From a virus (Duplodnaviria; Heunggongvirae; Uroviricota; Caudoviricetes), in the IMG/VR virus record IMGVR_UViG_2529292829_000010, positions 1-33,790 of that record: a DNA stretch of 33,790 nt. The stretch is one strand, 5' to 3'. Position 1 is the stretch's first letter, and every line of letters starts with the position of its first letter. Under the pieces are notes generated by a model. It was not told the origin of the DNA. It made no database searches and saw only the letters and a list, made by a program, of their open reading frames with translations. Positions 30,003-33,790 of this stretch are shown in pieces. Position numbers and translations under genes: made by a program.

Positions 30003-33000
30003 CCTTGTTATTGATTTAAGTGTTGATACGGCTGATTTTAAGGAACAGCTTCCGCGTATTAAAGCGCAACTCAATGGTACCGCCAGCGAAGCGGCGCGCG
30101 CAGAAGCGCGGGTCAGACAGTTTGAAGCGAGTCAGAAGCAGGCGGCGACTACCGCGGTGAAACAGACTCAGGCACTGGCGGGGAATGCGCAGGCGCATGT
30201 TTCGTTGTCAGAGGATGTGGAACAGACCCGTCAGCGACTTGATGCCCTGAACCGGAAAATGCGTGAGGAGCAGGCGCAGGCGGCGGCACTGGCTGCTGCT
30301 CAGGATAAAGCCGCTGCTGCATTTTATCGTCAGATTGACAGTGTGAAACAGGCGGGGGCCGGACTGCAGGAGCTGCAGCGTATTCAGCAGCAGGTCCGTC
30401 AGGCCAGAAACAATGGTGGCATCGCGCAGCAGGATTATCTGGCGTTAATCTCCGAAGTGACGGCAAAAACCCGCGTGCTGGCTCAGGCTGAAGAATCCGC
30501 CCCCCGCCAGAAGACGGCCTTTATCCGGCGGCTGAAGGAGCAGGTATCCGCTCAGAATCTTTCATCCACGGAGCTGCTCAGGGCAAAAGCCGCGCAGCTG
30601 GGTGTCAGTAGTGCGGCTGAGGTGTATATCAGCAAAATGGAAAAAGCCGGGAAGGTCACGCATTCGCTGGGGCTGAAAAGTGCGGCGGCCCGCCAGGAGA
30701 TAGGTGTTCTGATAGGTGAAATTGCCCGGGGTAATTTCGGTGCGCTTCGTGGCTCCGGGATCACCCTGGCTAACCGTGCCGGATGGATTGACGCGCTGAT
30801 GTCCCCGAAAGGCATGGCTGTCGGCGGGGTTATCGGTGGACTCACTGCTGCTGTTGTCGGGCTGGGAAAGGCCTGGTATGACGGTCAGAAGGAGGGGGAG
30901 GTGTTTAATCGTCAGCTGGCGTTGACAGGGCATTATGCGGGCATCACTACCGGACAGCTGTGGACTCTCAGTCGCGCCATTTCCGGGAATGGTATCACGC
31001 AACATGCTGCAGCCAGTGCGCTGGCTCAGGCGGTTGGCAGCGGTGCATTTCGTGGAGGTGATATCGCCATGGTGGCGAAAGCTGCCGCGCAAATGGAAAG
31101 TTCAGTGGGGCAGTCTGTCAGCGACACCATCAGTCAGTTTAAGCGACTGAAGGATGACCCGGTAAATGCAGCCAGGACGCTGGATAATGAACTGCATTTC
31201 CTGACTGCCACCCAGCTTGAACAAATCCGTGTTCTCGGGGAACAGGGGCGTGCCAGTGATGCTGCCCGGATCGCCATGTCAGCGCTGGCAGAGGAAACCG
31301 GTAAACGCACATCTGATATTGATAATAATCTCAATGCGCTGGGCAGTACGCTGCAAACCTTATCTGACTGGTGGAAGCAGTTCTGGGATGCCGCCATGAA
31401 TATCGGGCGTAATGATTCCCTTGATGCGCAGATTGCGGCGCTGCAGGAAAAAATTCAGCGTGCGAAAAAATCGCCCTGGACAAATGCATCCACCACAGTG
31501 GAATACGACCAGCAGCGCCTTGATGAACTTCAGGAGAAAAAGCGCCAGAAAGATTTACAGGATGCAAAAGAGCAGGCAGAGCGGAATTATCAGGAGCAAC
31601 AGAAACGCCGGAATGCTGAAAATGCCGCGCTGAACCGGATGAACGAAACGGAAGCGGCACGACATCAGCGTGAAATTGCGCGTATTAATGCCATGCAGTA
31701 CGCAGATCAGTCGGTCAGGGACGCAGCGATACAGCGTGAAAATAAACGTCACAAAAAAGCCATTAAGAAAGAAACGCCTGCCACCCGTAATGATGAGGCC
31801 ACCCGGTTATTACTGCAGTACAGCCAGCAACAGGCGCAGGTGGAGGGGCAGATCGCCGCCGCCAGACAGTCCGCGGGACTGACCACGAAAAAAATGACGG
31901 AAGCGCATAAGCAGCTTCTGGCCCTGCAGCAGCGTATCAGTGATTTAGCCGGTAAAAAGCTGACGGCAGATGAAAAAAGCGTGCTGGCGCATAAGGATGA
32001 ACTGATTCAGGCGCTGACGCTGCTGGATGCAAAACAGCAGGAGCTGCAGAAGCAGACGGCGCTGAATGACCTTAAGAAAAAATCCATTCAGCTTGCCAGC
32101 CAGCTGGCGGAAGAGGAGCGGGTTCTGCGTCAGCAACATGACCTGGATATCGCCACGACAGGGATGGGGGATAAACAGCGTCAGCGATACCAGGCACAGT
32201 TCAGTCTGCAACAAAAATATCAGCAGCAGCGGGAACAGTTGGAGCGTGACAGTAAGCGGAAAGGAACATATGGCACAGATGAATACCGGAATGCTGAGCA
32301 GACGCTGACAGACAGTCTTAACCGGCAACTGAACGAAAACAGACGCTACTGGCAGGAGCAGGAACTGATGCAGGCAGACTGGAAAAACGGTGCCATGCGG
32401 GCGTTTCAGAATTTTACGGCAGATGCGGATAATGCGGCAGGAACTGCTGAGCAGATGTTTACAGCGGCATTTAACAGTGCAGGTAATGCACTGGCGACGT
32501 TCTGCACGACAGGTAAACTGAATTTCAAATCCTTTACCGCCTCGCTTCTTTCCGACCTGGCAAAAATCATGGCGCAGATGGCCATTATGCAGGCGGTGAA
32601 GGGGATTGGTTCGGCGTTTGGCTGGGGGAGCGCATCCGCTGCCAGTGTGACGCCCAATGCAGATGGCGGTGTTTATCAGTCTGCGGATTTGAGCCGTTAC
32701 AGTGGCTCAGTGGTTAACCGCCCGACGTTTTTTGCCTTTGCAAAAGGCGCGGGGGTGATGGGAGAAGCGGGACCTGAAGCCATTCTGCCACTGCGTCGTG
32801 GTGCCGACGGTAAGCTGGGCGTTGTGGCGGATATTGGTGGTTCAGGCATGGTGATGTTTGCCCCGCAGTACAACATCGCGATCAATAACGACGGTACGAA
32901 CGGGCAGATAGGTCCGGCTGCCCTGAAGGTGGTTTATGACCTCGGGAAAAAAGCTGCAGCGGACTTTATGCAACAGCAGTCCCGTGATGGCGGTCAGTTA

Positions 33001-33018
33001 AGCGGAGTGTATCGGTAA
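29986..33018 (+). CDS. H: Tail tape measure protein H-like, 1010 aa (TTG start)
   Basis: N-terminus SQIADLVIDLSVDTADFKEQ parallels lambda H PVGDLVVDLSLDAARFDEQ. C-terminus ...INNDGTNGQIGPAALKVVYDL...RDGGQLSGVYR parallels lambda H ...INNDGTNGQIGPAALKAVYDM...RDGG. The frame opens after TAA at 29980-29982, so TTG at 29986 (after GGGAGGA) is the only plausible start. Confidence 0.9.
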   Translation: MSQIADLVIDLSVDTADFKEQLPRIKAQLNGTASEAARAEARVRQFEASQKQAATTAVKQTQALAGNAQAHVSLSEDVEQTRQRLDALNRKMREEQAQAAALAAAQDKAAAAFYRQIDSVKQAGAGLQELQRIQQQVRQARNNGGIAQQDYLALISEVTAKTRVLAQAEESAPRQKTAFIRRLKEQVSAQNLSSTELLRAKAAQLGVSSAAEVYISKMEKAGKVTHSLGLKSAAARQEIGVLIGEIARGNFGALRGSGITLANRAGWIDALMSPKGMAVGGVIGGLTAAVVGLGKAWYDGQKEGEVFNRQLALTGHYAGITTGQLWTLSRAISGNGITQHAAASALAQAVGSGAFRGGDIAMVAKAAAQMESSVGQSVSDTISQFKRLKDDPVNAARTLDNELHFLTATQLEQIRVLGEQGRASDAARIAMSALAEETGKRTSDIDNNLNALGSTLQTLSDWWKQFWDAAMNIGRNDSLDAQIAALQEKIQRAKKSPWTNASTTVEYDQQRLDELQEKKRQKDLQDAKEQAERNYQEQQKRRNAENAALNRMNETEAARHQREIARINAMQYADQSVRDAAIQRENKRHKKAIKKETPATRNDEATRLLLQYSQQQAQVEGQIAAARQSAGLTTKKMTEAHKQLLALQQRISDLAGKKLTADEKSVLAHKDELIQALTLLDAKQQELQKQTALNDLKKKSIQLASQLAEEERVLRQQHDLDIATTGMGDKQRQRYQAQFSLQQKYQQQREQLERDSKRKGTYGTDEYRNAEQTLTDSLNRQLNENRRYWQEQELMQADWKNGAMRAFQNFTADADNAAGTAEQMFTAAFNSAGNALATFCTTGKLNFKSFTASLLSDLAKIMAQMAIMQAVKGIGSAFGWGSASAASVTPNADGGVYQSADLSRYSGSVVNRPTFFAFAKGAGVMGEAGPEAILPLRRGADGKLGVVADIGGSGMVMFAPQYNIAINNDGTNGQIGPAALKVVYDLGKKAAADFMQQQSRDGGQLSGVYR

Positions 33019-33347
33019 TGGAGACGTTTCACTGGAAAATTCGTCCTGATATGACAGTTGCATCGGAACCGAAGGTGTTGACGGTAAAGCTGGGGGATGG
33101 CTATGAACAGCGGCGACCGGCAGGACTGAATAATTTATTGTCTGTTTACAGTGTGACTATCCGGATACGTAAAGGAGAACATCAGTCACTGGAGGATTTT
33201 CTGGCGCGGCATGGCGGTGTCAGGGCGTTTCAGTGGGTGCCGCCTTATGGCTGGAAACCAGTCAGGGTGGTTTGTCGTAAATGGTCGACACGCGTTGGGG
33301 CGTTATGGGTGACTGTAACGGCAGATTTTGAGCAGGTGGTGAACTGA
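33018..33347 (+). CDS. M: Minor tail protein M-like, 109 aa
   Basis: METFHWKIRPDMTVAS ... FQWVPPYGWKPVRVVCRKWSTRVG ... FEQVVN is colinear with lambda gpM (109 aa). ATG overlaps the H stop. Confidence 0.9.
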   Translation: METFHWKIRPDMTVASEPKVLTVKLGDGYEQRRPAGLNNLLSVYSVTIRIRKGEHQSLEDFLARHGGVRAFQWVPPYGWKPVRVVCRKWSTRVGALWVTVTADFEQVVN

Positions 33348-33790
33348 TGCAGGATATACAGCAGGAAACACTGAATGAATGCACCCGTGCGGAGCAGTCG
33401 GCCAGCGTGGTGCTCTGGGAAATCGATCTGACAGAGGTCGGTGGAGAACGTTATTTTTTCTGTAATGAGCAGAACGAAAAAGGTGAGCCGGTCACCTGGC
33501 AGGGGCGACAGTATCAGGCGTATCCCATTCAGGGGAGTGGTTTTGAACTGAATGGCAAGGGCAGTGCTGCCCGTCCGACACTGACGGTTTCTAACCTGCA
33601 CGGCATGGTCACCGGGATGGCGGAAGACCTGCAGAGTCTGGTCGGCGGAACGGTGGTCAGGCGTAAGGTTTACGCCCGTTTTCTGGATGCGGTGAACTTC
33701 GTCAACGGAAACAGTGACGCCGATCCGGAGCAGGAGGTGATCAGCCGCTGGCGCATTGAGCAGTGCAGCGAACTGAGCGCGGTGAGTGCC
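33347..33790 (+). CDS. L: Minor tail protein L-like, 5' part (runs off the window end)
   Basis: ATG at 33347 overlaps the M stop (ATGA). MQDIQQETLNECTRAEQSASVVLWEIDLTEVGGERYFFCNEQNEKGEPVTWQGRQYQ... is near-identical to lambda gpL as I recall it. No stop inside the window. Confidence 0.9.
   Translation, partial: MQDIQQETLNECTRAEQSASVVLWEIDLTEVGGERYFFCNEQNEKGEPVTWQGRQYQAYPIQGSGFELNGKGSAARPTLTVSNLHGMVTGMAEDLQSLVGGTVVRRKVYARFLDAVNFVNGNSDADPEQEVISRWRIEQCSELSAVSA

Noticed and set aside
30149-31660. Minus-strand ORFs of 87-176 aa inside the tape measure gene
   Set aside because: Shadow ORFs within a gene colinear with lambda H at both ends; Pro/Ala/Arg-rich.

Overview
This window is the left ~34 kb of an integrated lambdoid prophage of an Escherichia-like enterobacterium, running from int at the left edge into the tail genes. 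All calls come from reading the sequence and the supplied ORF track; no database search was run, so every family assignment is from motif recognition or memory and should be confirmed. Layout: int-xis (minus strand, int stop at bases 1-3, so attL lies outside the window); a leftward early operon with a large DEDDh-exonuclease protein, a YdfD-like ORF, DicB, the DicF sRNA and a YdfC-like ORF; an SOS-type CI repressor with palindromic operators; rightward cro, a YdaT/CII-like gene, an O-like initiator with internal iterons, and a P-like gene; three unknown winged-helix/zinc-ribbon genes; a QueH-like moron; a hok/mok/sok type I toxin-antitoxin locus (absent from the ORF track); Rem-like, YdfU-like, RusA and a short Q antiterminator; an AT-rich reverse-strand lipoprotein moron; a late region with an orphan DNA methyltransferase, a tRNA array (tRNA-Ile2 CAU, a degenerate tRNA-like element, tRNA-Arg UCU), a TerB-like gene with an overlapping 50-aa membrane ORF, two holin-like genes and a GH108 endolysin; several small membrane/lipoprotein ORFs; a candidate cos; then terminase, W, portal, a fused protease-capsid gene, and lambda-like tail genes Z, U, V, G/GT (-1 frameshift), H, M and the 5' part of L. 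No N/nut antitermination module, no CRISPR array and no IS element were seen. The early region resembles the Qin/Rac cryptic prophages and the tail module resembles lambda. The candidates for an undescribed function are the cargo slots: the TerB-like pair at the stx-equivalent position, the QueH-like moron, the lipoprotein moron between Q and the late promoter, and the small membrane proteins after the endolysin.
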